A stretch of 64,000 nucleotides of DNA from an uncultured Candidatus Saccharibacteria bacterium (lineage in GTDB: Bacteria > Patescibacteriota > Saccharimonadia > UBA4664 > CAZOQX01), in contig CAZOQX010000003.1 in the NCBI GenBank assembly GCA_964582465.1, forward strand, positions 1,115 through 65,114. Reading direction: 5' to 3'. The stretch's first letter is position 1. Each line of letters begins with the position of its first letter. Both the position numbers and the translations under genes were made by a program. Shown in pieces: positions 9,306 through 17,522 of the stretch. The notes under the pieces are model-generated. The model was not told the DNA's origin, ran no database searches, and worked only from the letters and a program-made list of their open reading frames with translations.

Positions 9306-9877
9306 TGCGTCCCTCCTGTAGTGCTAGCGGGCGGCGCCGCCTGATAGTAGGCTGTAATGTTTACGGCTGCCTGCACATTAGTACTCCCGGCACCATTAGG
9401 TGCCAAGTTGACGGATTGAACGTCAATATAGCGAGCAGCGTTTTCGAGTTTTTGCAATAAGCTTTGGACGCCGGCGTAAGATGCACTGATGGCTAGATTT
9501 ACGGGATAAGTAGCGACCCCTGTTGCTGCGCTGGCGGCGACACCACCCGGCGAAAACGTAGTCATTACCGCACTGCTTTTGGACGTCAAATCACTTACCA
9601 TCGCCACCAGCCTCTCCTCTTCGTTAGCTGTAGGTAGTAGGTGCAGAATTTGATCATGCTGATCTTTGACGGCGGCGTAATTTTGGCGCAGGGTCTGAGT
9701 ATCTTGATCCAGCTGCTTTAAGGCAGTGATTTTATTGTTGTAATCTGCGATCTGCTGCCCATCCTTCCCGGCTGTGTTTAAAATTGGCTTAATGATAAAG
9801 AAGCCAACTACGGCCGCAGTTGCAAGCCCAATCAATAAATACAGCCCGACTAGGTTCAGTAATTTGTGATCTTTCAT
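9302..9877 (-). CDS. pilO: PilO-like pilus alignment protein
   Basis: 191 aa with an N-terminal TM, a coiled-coil (KITALKQLDQDTQTLRQNYAAVKDQ) and a C-terminal ferredoxin-like region. Sits directly after pilN with overlapping stop/start. Confidence 0.65.
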   Translation of the reverse strand: MKDHKLLNLVGLYLLIGLATAAVVGFFIIKPILNTAGKDGQQIADYNNKITALKQLDQDTQTLRQNYAAVKDQHDQILHLLPTANEEERLVAMVSDLTSKSSAVMTTFSPGGVAASAATGVATYPVNLAISASYAGVQSLLQKLENAARYIDVQSVNLAPNGAGSTNVQAAVNITAYYQAAPPASTTGGTQ

Positions 9878-10476
9878 TTCGCCAAACCTCCGGTGGGATA
9901 AACATAGGTTGCGGAGAGCGAAAATGCCACGCGGGTTCCTTGGACGCTGGCTCCACTAAATGCTACGGAGTTAAAGTAGATTTGTCCTCCCGCATTCGCC
10001 ACACTGGTCGTACTTGGGTCGGGTGTTGGACTAGACTGCTTAAGCGCCGCGATGGCTGTGCCCACTTCATTGTAGGAACCAGCCGTGCCGGCAATGACAA
10101 CTTTCTCGCCATCGACATTAAGCGATTGCAGTGTGACCCCCTTCGGCAAAAGATCAGTCACCCGCTTAAAGATGGCCGAAAACTTATGTTGATTGCTAAA
10201 CAGCCCGTTCAATTCTTGTAGGCTAGCCTGGACAGCCAGGGCTTCTTTACGAAATGCGACGTTATCCGGTGAATTCACCTGAGCGTTGAGGGTGGTATAG
10301 CTATTTTTGGCCGAAGTCAGCCGCACTTTCTGGACGCCCAAGTACACGCCAGCAAGAACTGCCAAGCCCGCCACTAAAATTAGCCAGCCAACAATACTTG
10401 CCGTGGCTATCTTCTTAAACTTCTCCTCACGCTGACGGTTAAGGACTAAATCTGGTAGTAGGTTTACCTTGATCAT
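9874..10476 (-). CDS. pilN: PilN-like pilus alignment protein
   Basis: N-terminus MIKVNLLPDLVLNRQREEKFKK followed by a TM helix, which is the classic PilN INLLP signature. Confidence 0.75.
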   Translation of the reverse strand: MIKVNLLPDLVLNRQREEKFKKIATASIVGWLILVAGLAVLAGVYLGVQKVRLTSAKNSYTTLNAQVNSPDNVAFRKEALAVQASLQELNGLFSNQHKFSAIFKRVTDLLPKGVTLQSLNVDGEKVVIAGTAGSYNEVGTAIAALKQSSPTPDPSTTSVANAGGQIYFNSVAFSGASVQGTRVAFSLSATYVYPTGGLAK

Positions 10477-10520
10477 GGTTTATGCCTAAAGCTTACACTA
10501 TCCCGCTTATGCTAACAAGT

Positions 10521-13500
10521 TTAATTACTTGGTACCGCCTCATTCCACACCGCCGGAGCACTATTAAGAGTACTGAACCATGGCGGCGGGTTGCTCACCA
10601 CCGTGCCATCGTAGACGAAGTTCTCGGATGGGTTGATGTCAGGATCTAGTTGTGTGCCAGGCTGGCGCTGTAAGTTGAATGATGAGGCAATTATCAAACC
10701 GTTGAGTGTCAGCGGTTGGTCGACATTGACGCGATCATTGTTCCCCACTAAGCTGGTGCCCGAGCTAAATGCACCATTCGCAAAGTAGTTGCCGGCTAGA
10801 TTACTCACGCAATCGTCGGAATTGAAACACTTAACGATGATATTGCCGGTCACAATGAATCCAACTGACGTCTGCTGGCTGCGATCAGTACCGCTATAGC
10901 CGTTATAAGAGACATCACCGTTTACAATTAGATCGCCATTTACAACTATTGTGCCCGCTCCGCCTGCAAAACTGAGCGCGGTATGGGTAGCAGGATCGCC
11001 TAAGTTCAAATTACCATTAGCATAATAGGTTCTCCCGTTGGCGAGCGTAAAGGTGTCGTCCATCGTATAGTAATTTTGCCCGCTGACCTTAGTGAGGTTC
11101 GTGGCCTTCCCCACAATATTATTATTGTAATTGGTCTGCCCCCAGATGGCGTAAATCGGATTATTAGCATTGTCATACGTTCCCGAATTGCCGGTGTTGA
11201 GAGCGTAGGGGCTGAAGGCTTTTCCTTGACTAGGATGACCCGATACGCCTGGGCTGGTGAAGTCAAAGTGATTAATTAGTCCTTTGGTGTACAAGAACGC
11301 CGATTGCGCCAGGGAGTGCGCGAAGTAGCTATCGATCTTCCCGCCAGCGTAAACGTCGGAATTTTGGAAAGATATGGTCGGATTATAAATGGTAGCAACC
11401 CCGCGGTCGGGCTTGGCAGCACTATCCGATTCTATACCGTAAAGCACATTATCGGGCTTGGAGGCGCTCACGTCGCGCGATCCGAGGTCTCGGGTGTGTC
11501 CCTTAAAGGTACTCTCGTAGCGAGCGCGCTGGACGTTACTTGACCAACCCCAGTCGACATTGACTAAACCGTCCTTGGTGCCATCGTATGTTACGTCGCA
11601 TTCCCCATCGAAGTTAGCGGGACAATTGGCCGTATCTTCCTGAAGTAATTGGCCAGCGCCGGTGTAGTACTTGGTGTTGGCGGCACTCGCGGTCAGGTTA
11701 AAGAAACCGCCGGGCCAATAGGTTGCCGTCACATTTTGAGTGCCAGACTTGGTGTCATCAAAGCCCGTGATTACCGGCTCCACCACCTGCGTGTCATAAA
11801 TCATGCGATTCGTATAAAGCGGATCGGCGCGATCAAATGCCCAGCTTACTCCAGCGCCGTGAGCAAGCGGTGTCGAATCCCCCGAGTTATCCATCGTAGT
11901 AACGGTGGTCGAGTCCTGCCAATAAGTGGGGAGGTCGGCCGTTGCTGGGTCATTATCACCATCGGCCCAAGTCGGGTTGGTCTTGTTAAATCCCCCACCA
12001 AAGTAACTATCTTGGCCTAACACTTGACCTTGAATCGTGGCATTGGGATTCAGCCACCCCCACTTGGTCTCTCTTCTGCCCAAGTAGTAGGTAAAGTTGC
12101 TGACGATAAATTTATTGCTAATCTTTAGCGTCACGGTGGTACCAGCAGTCCCGTCGGCAGTTCCAGGGCTATAGGTGAAGCCGGCCGCGCCGCTGGCATT
12201 GGTTGCACCCCCCAACTTCACGCCGATCGGCGTGTCGTGAGCAGCAGCGTTTTTGGTTGGATACCAGTGGCCCTTGTCGTCTAGTTGCGACCAATTCACG
12301 TACTCATCCCACTTAAGCTGCGCATTATCGACGTGTGTAATGCCCGTAGTGTAGGTCAACGGTTCTTGGTTATTGGCCTTATATTTGAGTGTGCCGTTGT
12401 CCTGACTGTCCTGCAAAAGCGACGTCACAGTCGTAGTGCCCCACGATTTCAGTGGCAAATCACTTACACCCAAGCCGCCCTTCAAAATATTGTCTGGATC
12501 AAGCGTAAAGTTAGTCGGTACATCAGTATTGTCCGAATCAGCCTGATTGGTGAAGTTAGCATCGTTAATTGAGGCACTATACGTACTCGGGAAAAGTTGT
12601 GGATTTCGAACGTTATCCCAAGTGTTGGGCTTTGGCGAGTTATCGGCCTTAACTGGTCCAGCACTATTATCGGGCAATGACTGCCGCGGATCCGCTCCCT
12701 TATTGGTATCGCGCTGCAATAGATTTTTGTCGATGCCGCCCTGCCACTGAACGCCGTGGTCGCCCACCACTGAGACATCATCTGAGTTGTTAGCCGGCGA
12801 TTTAATTCCTTGGGCGTTAATATGGAGGTTAGAGATCTCGACAGCGTTGATGTGATTACTGCCGCCGCAGTCCCATACTTGTTTGCCGTCAGTATAAAAG
12901 TAGCTGCCGTCTTGGCAGGCGATGCCGCCGTGGCGGGGGTCAAAAGCATTGCTATCGCTGGTCGAGAAGTTCACGTCGCGAATGGGTTGCCACTTATTGC
13001 CACCAGGAGTGGACGAGCCGGACGTCACGGTGCCGTCGTTCTTCGGTACGTAAGCGAGCGGGATGCGCTGCAAGCAACCGGTGGCCGCAAACGAAGCCGG
13101 GCAACCAATCTCCGCCTTGTTATTAAAGACACTCATGCTGTTTAGGTCCGTATCGAGATTTTCGCTGGTGGTATTGGTATCCCCAAAAGCCGATCCCCAA
13201 GTACCAGCCAGCCAGAAGTTAGTCGAATGATCGTTGCCTTGGTATGTTCCTTGATCGGTTTTGCCGCGATTGCCCGCATCCGGCCACATGTAGGCCTGCA
13301 GGTTAAAGAGCGGATATTTAAAGTTATCGCGCACGAACTGTAAAACGGGGTGAATGAAGTTGGCTAAGTAGACTTTCGCTGGCGTGTTTAGAGATTTAAT
13401 GGTGATAGCGCAGGTGTCGCCGAATAGGTCATATACACCGGCCACGAGACTAGGCGTACCCATCTGGAAGGTTAGGCGATAGACGCCGGGGGTCGCTGGT

Positions 13501-14993
13501 GTTACATAGCTCGCATTCGAGAAAGTAGTAGTCTGATTGGGGCCGATAGGTGGACTATTAATCGACTGAGTCGTAGGTCCAGTTACAGGAGTGTCATCAG
13601 TACGAACTAGCTTATACGAGCTGGTCCAAGCCACATCGCCGGTATTCTTTAATGACTGGGTAATTTTTACAGTCGACCCCGGCGCGACAGGGTTCGGAAT
13701 AGAGCTTTGGATGCTTTGGCAGTTTGAGTTCTGGGAGCAAGTATCGTTGTAGGTTTCACTATCGTACGGGATCCAAATTTGCGGATCGTTATTGTAGCTA
13801 ATGTTGTGCCATACCCACATAAACTGCATACTATACGCCGCGGCAAAGTCTAGAGTTTTAGTTTCACCGTTGCCGCCAATAAATTCAGGGTATTTATCCG
13901 GATTCTGATCGGCAACTGCCGTCTTTACATCATAGCCCCGCCGATGAGCACTTCCCCCATTGAAAATATCTGGAGTTATCTTCCACGGCCCGGGACTAGT
14001 CCCGCCAACGTCGCGATAATATAAATCAAAGTAGATTTGTGGGTTAACCGGAGAAGAGTCGCTAGCCCCGTCCGCATCCTGCCACCTCAGCTCGTTATAA
14101 AGAATAGGATAAACCTCTTTTTGCGACAAGCAGGGGGTTGCAAACGGAATATAGAGGTCGTAGGTTCCACTCGTGTTGGTCGTATCAAGCGTGATAGGCT
14201 GATCACCTTTATCAAACCTCGCCCACAAGCCCACACGGTTCCCACCACAAGGGAAATTTTGATTTGCCCCCTGATTATTTACATCTTGTTGCATGCAACC
14301 ATCAGCTTGTGTCCCGGAGCTATAAGCTTGGATCCTGAAGTTCGCCCACCGGTCGTGACCAGGCTCAACGACCACACTGTCATCTGTGTTCATCGCCGAA
14401 ATATACCCAACTGCAAGTCGGTATACATAGTATCCGTTGCTCTTATTACTAGGCGATGATAAACATCCGCCATCGCCGTAGTTGTCAGAGTCGGTATCAA
14501 ACTTAATAGGGTCGCTCCACTGACCCGGGCTTGTAAAGAATACGGACCCTTGCTTGCCCTGAGAGATACATTTTTTGGCGTTATTATTATCGTCGAAGAT
14601 TTTGTAGGATTCGTCAGCGTTGGCGGGGGTAAAGAAAAATTTCATGCTTTTGAAATCTTGGTCAGAAGAACTTCCAGTACCTGTCCGAATTCTTATGTAG
14701 GTATTGTGGGGATCTTTGAAGTATAGCTTGATGTAAGATACGGGCGTATCGATAGCTCGACCTGTAGTGCCAGCATTGCATTGGTGGTTTGGATTGGTAA
14801 AGTAGCCTGAACATGCTTGGCTAACATCGACTTGAATATCGCCGTTCCCTCCATCGACTGTTTGATTCGGTAGAACATCATTTACTCTTACAAAGCTAAA
14901 GTCCGGGGCAGCCTGGGCTGGCTTAACCAAACTGAACAGGTTAACCGGCAGAAGCACCGCCAAAATAGTTAGCCACCTAATAAGCTTAGCCAT
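10521..14993 (-). CDS. Giant secreted protein (1490 aa), putative pilus-associated adhesin or surface protein
   Basis: Signal peptide MAKLIRWLTILAVLLPVNLFSLVKPAQA|AP. An Ig-like NBR1/CARDB-type segment lies around aa 425-535 (KITQSLKNTGDVAWTSSYKL...GVYRLTFQM). The body is Asn/Thr/Gly/Asp/Trp-rich. The C-terminus has beta-helix-like repeats (GTIVVNGDLIVNGDVSY, VGFIVTGNIIV, LTLNGLIIAS). Its stop is 44 bp upstream of pilN on the same strand. Confidence 0.8.
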   Translation of the reverse strand: MAKLIRWLTILAVLLPVNLFSLVKPAQAAPDFSFVRVNDVLPNQTVDGGNGDIQVDVSQACSGYFTNPNHQCNAGTTGRAIDTPVSYIKLYFKDPHNTYIRIRTGTGSSSDQDFKSMKFFFTPANADESYKIFDDNNNAKKCISQGKQGSVFFTSPGQWSDPIKFDTDSDNYGDGGCLSSPSNKSNGYYVYRLAVGYISAMNTDDSVVVEPGHDRWANFRIQAYSSGTQADGCMQQDVNNQGANQNFPCGGNRVGLWARFDKGDQPITLDTTNTSGTYDLYIPFATPCLSQKEVYPILYNELRWQDADGASDSSPVNPQIYFDLYYRDVGGTSPGPWKITPDIFNGGSAHRRGYDVKTAVADQNPDKYPEFIGGNGETKTLDFAAAYSMQFMWVWHNISYNNDPQIWIPYDSETYNDTCSQNSNCQSIQSSIPNPVAPGSTVKITQSLKNTGDVAWTSSYKLVRTDDTPVTGPTTQSINSPPIGPNQTTTFSNASYVTPATPGVYRLTFQMGTPSLVAGVYDLFGDTCAITIKSLNTPAKVYLANFIHPVLQFVRDNFKYPLFNLQAYMWPDAGNRGKTDQGTYQGNDHSTNFWLAGTWGSAFGDTNTTSENLDTDLNSMSVFNNKAEIGCPASFAATGCLQRIPLAYVPKNDGTVTSGSSTPGGNKWQPIRDVNFSTSDSNAFDPRHGGIACQDGSYFYTDGKQVWDCGGSNHINAVEISNLHINAQGIKSPANNSDDVSVVGDHGVQWQGGIDKNLLQRDTNKGADPRQSLPDNSAGPVKADNSPKPNTWDNVRNPQLFPSTYSASINDANFTNQADSDNTDVPTNFTLDPDNILKGGLGVSDLPLKSWGTTTVTSLLQDSQDNGTLKYKANNQEPLTYTTGITHVDNAQLKWDEYVNWSQLDDKGHWYPTKNAAAHDTPIGVKLGGATNASGAAGFTYSPGTADGTAGTTVTLKISNKFIVSNFTYYLGRRETKWGWLNPNATIQGQVLGQDSYFGGGFNKTNPTWADGDNDPATADLPTYWQDSTTVTTMDNSGDSTPLAHGAGVSWAFDRADPLYTNRMIYDTQVVEPVITGFDDTKSGTQNVTATYWPGGFFNLTASAANTKYYTGAGQLLQEDTANCPANFDGECDVTYDGTKDGLVNVDWGWSSNVQRARYESTFKGHTRDLGSRDVSASKPDNVLYGIESDSAAKPDRGVATIYNPTISFQNSDVYAGGKIDSYFAHSLAQSAFLYTKGLINHFDFTSPGVSGHPSQGKAFSPYALNTGNSGTYDNANNPIYAIWGQTNYNNNIVGKATNLTKVSGQNYYTMDDTFTLANGRTYYANGNLNLGDPATHTALSFAGGAGTIVVNGDLIVNGDVSYNGYSGTDRSQQTSVGFIVTGNIIVKCFNSDDCVSNLAGNYFANGAFSSGTSLVGNNDRVNVDQPLTLNGLIIASSFNLQRQPGTQLDPDINPSENFVYDGTVVSNPPPWFSTLNSAPAVWNEAVPSN

Positions 14994-15074
14994 TAGAGTT
15001 ATTGTATGAGCTTATCCACTACCAGTCAAACCCCTTAAGCTTATTGACATCATGACTGCTCCGGTAGACTATTA

Positions 15075-15707
15075 ATGTTAATGGCTAAGCGCAAAAGGAA
15101 AATGACCAGACTACTCCCATCGCTCGGCAAGCTCTCTAACCTTTCTTTCGTAGCGATCGTATGTGGCGTGGTGACTTTTGGAATACTTGCCTACTACGTG
15201 GTACACGCGCTCTCTTATCACAGAATCGGCATACTACAAGAACACGGCCAAACTTTTTACTACACCAACCCCACAACCGGCCACGTAACTGCTGAAAAAG
15301 TTATTCATCCTGATCAAGGTGATGGCGGTAAACTGTCATGTAGCAATACTTGCTGGCTCTCGGCTAAAGCAAGTTCAACCTTCCAAGACGCCTGGACTGG
15401 TCCAGGGTTTCACGTAGCGTCCAGCGGCGTAAACTCAACTAACAAGAATCAACGCGCGTGCTTTGTTATTCGGGTTGCTCCAGGTGCATCCTCAGCAATA
15501 GCAGGAATATCCGTCGATGGGACACCAGTAGGACAATCTACATCTGTTACAAAAGATTTCAAGTGTTATTGGCTGAACTACACAGTCAAAGCAGGCCAGA
15601 CCGGCCTCAGCTGGACCATCCATGTTCAGTCTGGGCAAGTTCAGATTGACCGTGTAGAACTGTGGCAGGGCGGTGCTAGTGGCAAGAGTGTTTTTGTAGA
15701 ACTGTAG
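15075..15707 (+). CDS. Membrane-anchored or secreted beta-sandwich-like protein, tandem paralog 1
   Basis: 210 aa with an N-terminal basic stretch plus TM/signal anchor (LSFVAIVCGVVTFGILAYYVV). The C-terminal 124 aa are identical to paralog 2 and end in a CBM/galactose-binding-like ...VQIDRVELWQG. No confident family assignment. Confidence 0.7.
   Translation: MLMAKRKRKMTRLLPSLGKLSNLSFVAIVCGVVTFGILAYYVVHALSYHRIGILQEHGQTFYYTNPTTGHVTAEKVIHPDQGDGGKLSCSNTCWLSAKASSTFQDAWTGPGFHVASSGVNSTNKNQRACFVIRVAPGASSAIAGISVDGTPVGQSTSVTKDFKCYWLNYTVKAGQTGLSWTIHVQSGQVQIDRVELWQGGASGKSVFVEL
15334..15701 (+). repeat. Perfect 368-bp direct repeat, copy A (3' part of paralog 1)
   Basis: Base-for-base identical by my reading to 15958-16325 (offset 624 bp). 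Flanks diverge immediately at both ends. Confidence 0.9.
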
Positions 15708-15755
15708 CTTGCTTTTGCCGTAAACATGTGATACAGTTGCATTCAACTAAACACT

Positions 15756-16334
15756 ATGTTGAAGTTTCGTTTTTCTATACTAACAGTCTACCTGGCCAGC
15801 ATAATTGCTGGCTTCTTAGCTTGGAGCTTCCCTGCCCAGGCTATTACGTATCACAAAGTCTCCACTCTCCAGGAACACTCAACTTTCTCTTATACAAATG
15901 ATGGGAAAACGATTAAAGAGAAGGTTCAGCATCCTGACTGGAGGGACGGCGGGCACATGTCATGTAGCAATACTTGCTGGCTCTCGGCTAAAGCAAGTTC
16001 AACCTTCCAAGACGCCTGGACTGGTCCAGGGTTTCACGTAGCGTCCAGCGGCGTAAACTCAACTAACAAGAATCAACGCGCGTGCTTTGTTATTCGGGTT
16101 GCTCCAGGTGCATCCTCAGCAATAGCAGGAATATCCGTCGATGGGACACCAGTAGGACAATCTACATCTGTTACAAAAGATTTCAAGTGTTATTGGCTGA
16201 ACTACACAGTCAAAGCAGGCCAGACCGGCCTCAGCTGGACCATCCATGTTCAGTCTGGGCAAGTTCAGATTGACCGTGTAGAACTGTGGCAGGGCGGTGC
16301 TAGTGGCAAGAGTGTTTTTGTAGAATTACAGTAA
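15756..16334 (+). CDS. Secreted beta-sandwich-like protein, tandem paralog 2
   Basis: 192 aa with signal peptide MLKFRFSILTVYLASIIAGFLAWSFPAQA|I. The C-terminal 124 aa are identical to paralog 1. Confidence 0.7.
   Translation: MLKFRFSILTVYLASIIAGFLAWSFPAQAITYHKVSTLQEHSTFSYTNDGKTIKEKVQHPDWRDGGHMSCSNTCWLSAKASSTFQDAWTGPGFHVASSGVNSTNKNQRACFVIRVAPGASSAIAGISVDGTPVGQSTSVTKDFKCYWLNYTVKAGQTGLSWTIHVQSGQVQIDRVELWQGGASGKSVFVELQ
15958..16325 (+). repeat. Perfect 368-bp direct repeat, copy B (3' part of paralog 2)
   Basis: Partner of 15334-15701. Confidence 0.9.
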
Positions 16335-16335
16335 A

Positions 16336-17490
16336 CTAAACCACTACCTCTTTAGGCCTGTCGCGCAAATTATAATCCGAACTCATCACATAGCCGTAGG
16401 CGCCGGCGTTCAGTATTGCTAAAATCTCTCCTTCTTTCGGCATGGTAAGCTCCCGCTCCTGGGCCAATAAATCGCCAGACTCACACACATTCCCAGCTAC
16501 ATACACCACCGCCTGCTCGCCCTCTACTCTACTTGCATTCATAATTTGGTGATATGAGCCGTACATGGCCGGTCGAATTAAATGATTAAAGCCCGTGTTT
16601 ACGCCTACAAATGTGCGATCCGGGTTCTTTTTTATATCCGTCACTTTGGTGAGCAAAAAGCCGGTCTCGGCCACCAAATAACGCCCGGGCTCGAGCCGCA
16701 TTGCAACCGGCGAGCCATACTCCCGCGTAAATTTCGCCATCAGCTCGCTCGCCTGCTTACCGAATTCGGCTACGTCCAGGGGTTGCTCGCTAGGTCGATA
16801 CGGCACGCCCAAACCGCCGCCAAAATCTAAATACTTCAACCCCTCAAACCCCCGTGCCGTTTCGAGTAATACACTCATGGCGTGAATTAGAATAGCGACA
16901 TCTAACACGTTCGATCCAATGTGCTGATGCAAGCCCACGATCTTTAGGCCGTGTTTTTTCGCGATTGCTTTGGCCTCGTCGAGCTGCGAAATATCAATCC
17001 CAAATTTACTAGCCGGGCCGCCGGTAATCACATGAGCGTGGTGACCGGCCCCAATTCCTTGGTTAACCCGAATCCCCACTTCCTTTCCCAGCCCTAAGCT
17101 TCCCCACTTTTCCAGCTGGCCAAGCGAATCGAGGTTTACGGCCATTCCCTGCTCGGCCAACCATGCGAGCTCGCTCGCATCAATATTGCTACAGGTAAAT
17201 ACCAGGCGGTCAGTCGTAAAACCGGCCGCCTTTGCCCGCTCGACTTCGCCGGGACTGACGCATTCGGCACTAGCCCCTAGTTCACGAAGTTGCTTTAAAA
17301 CTTCCAAATTAGAATTAGCCTTAACCGCAAAATGGATCTGTGCCGGTTGATAAGAAATCGCCTGCTCGAGCGTCTGGTAGCGCTCCTTGATTGTCTCTAA
17401 CTCATAAACATAGAGCGGCGTGCCGTATTTTGTCGCGAGCTTGGTCGCCAGGTCCCCGCTGATATCGAGTTTATTGTCGCGTACCTGCAT
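16336..17490 (-). CDS. lysA: Diaminopimelate decarboxylase (PLP-dependent, Orn/DAP/Arg decarboxylase family 2)
   Basis: FAVKANSNLEVLK (PLP lysine), HQHIGSNV, EPGRYLVAETG and CESGD motifs. 384 aa. Related family-2 decarboxylases cannot be excluded without a search. Confidence 0.8.
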   Translation of the reverse strand: MQVRDNKLDISGDLATKLATKYGTPLYVYELETIKERYQTLEQAISYQPAQIHFAVKANSNLEVLKQLRELGASAECVSPGEVERAKAAGFTTDRLVFTCSNIDASELAWLAEQGMAVNLDSLGQLEKWGSLGLGKEVGIRVNQGIGAGHHAHVITGGPASKFGIDISQLDEAKAIAKKHGLKIVGLHQHIGSNVLDVAILIHAMSVLLETARGFEGLKYLDFGGGLGVPYRPSEQPLDVAEFGKQASELMAKFTREYGSPVAMRLEPGRYLVAETGFLLTKVTDIKKNPDRTFVGVNTGFNHLIRPAMYGSYHQIMNASRVEGEQAVVYVAGNVCESGDLLAQERELTMPKEGEILAILNAGAYGYVMSSDYNLRDRPKEVVV

Positions 17491-17522
17491 TCCCCGATTA
17501 TAAAGGAAGAGCGCTAGGCCGG

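Noticed and set aside
11006-14881. Internal and antisense ORFs within the giant gene (for example 11006-11266, 12482-12949, 12810-13145, 14037-14459, 14693-14881)
   Set aside because: All are nested in the uninterrupted 4.5-kb frame, which has a signal peptide and consistent composition. No independent RBS or motif was seen.
15040-15074. Possible sigma-70 promoter (TTGACA at about 15044) for the tandem paralogs
   Set aside because: A good -35 hexamer is present, but I could not place a convincing -10 at 16-18 nt spacing, so it is not reported as a feature.
15334-16325. Possibility that the 368-bp repeat pair is a diversity-generating retroelement template/variable repeat pair
   Set aside because: The two copies are identical, with no adenine-specific mismatches. 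Both lie inside full-length paralogous genes. No reverse transcriptase is present in the window.
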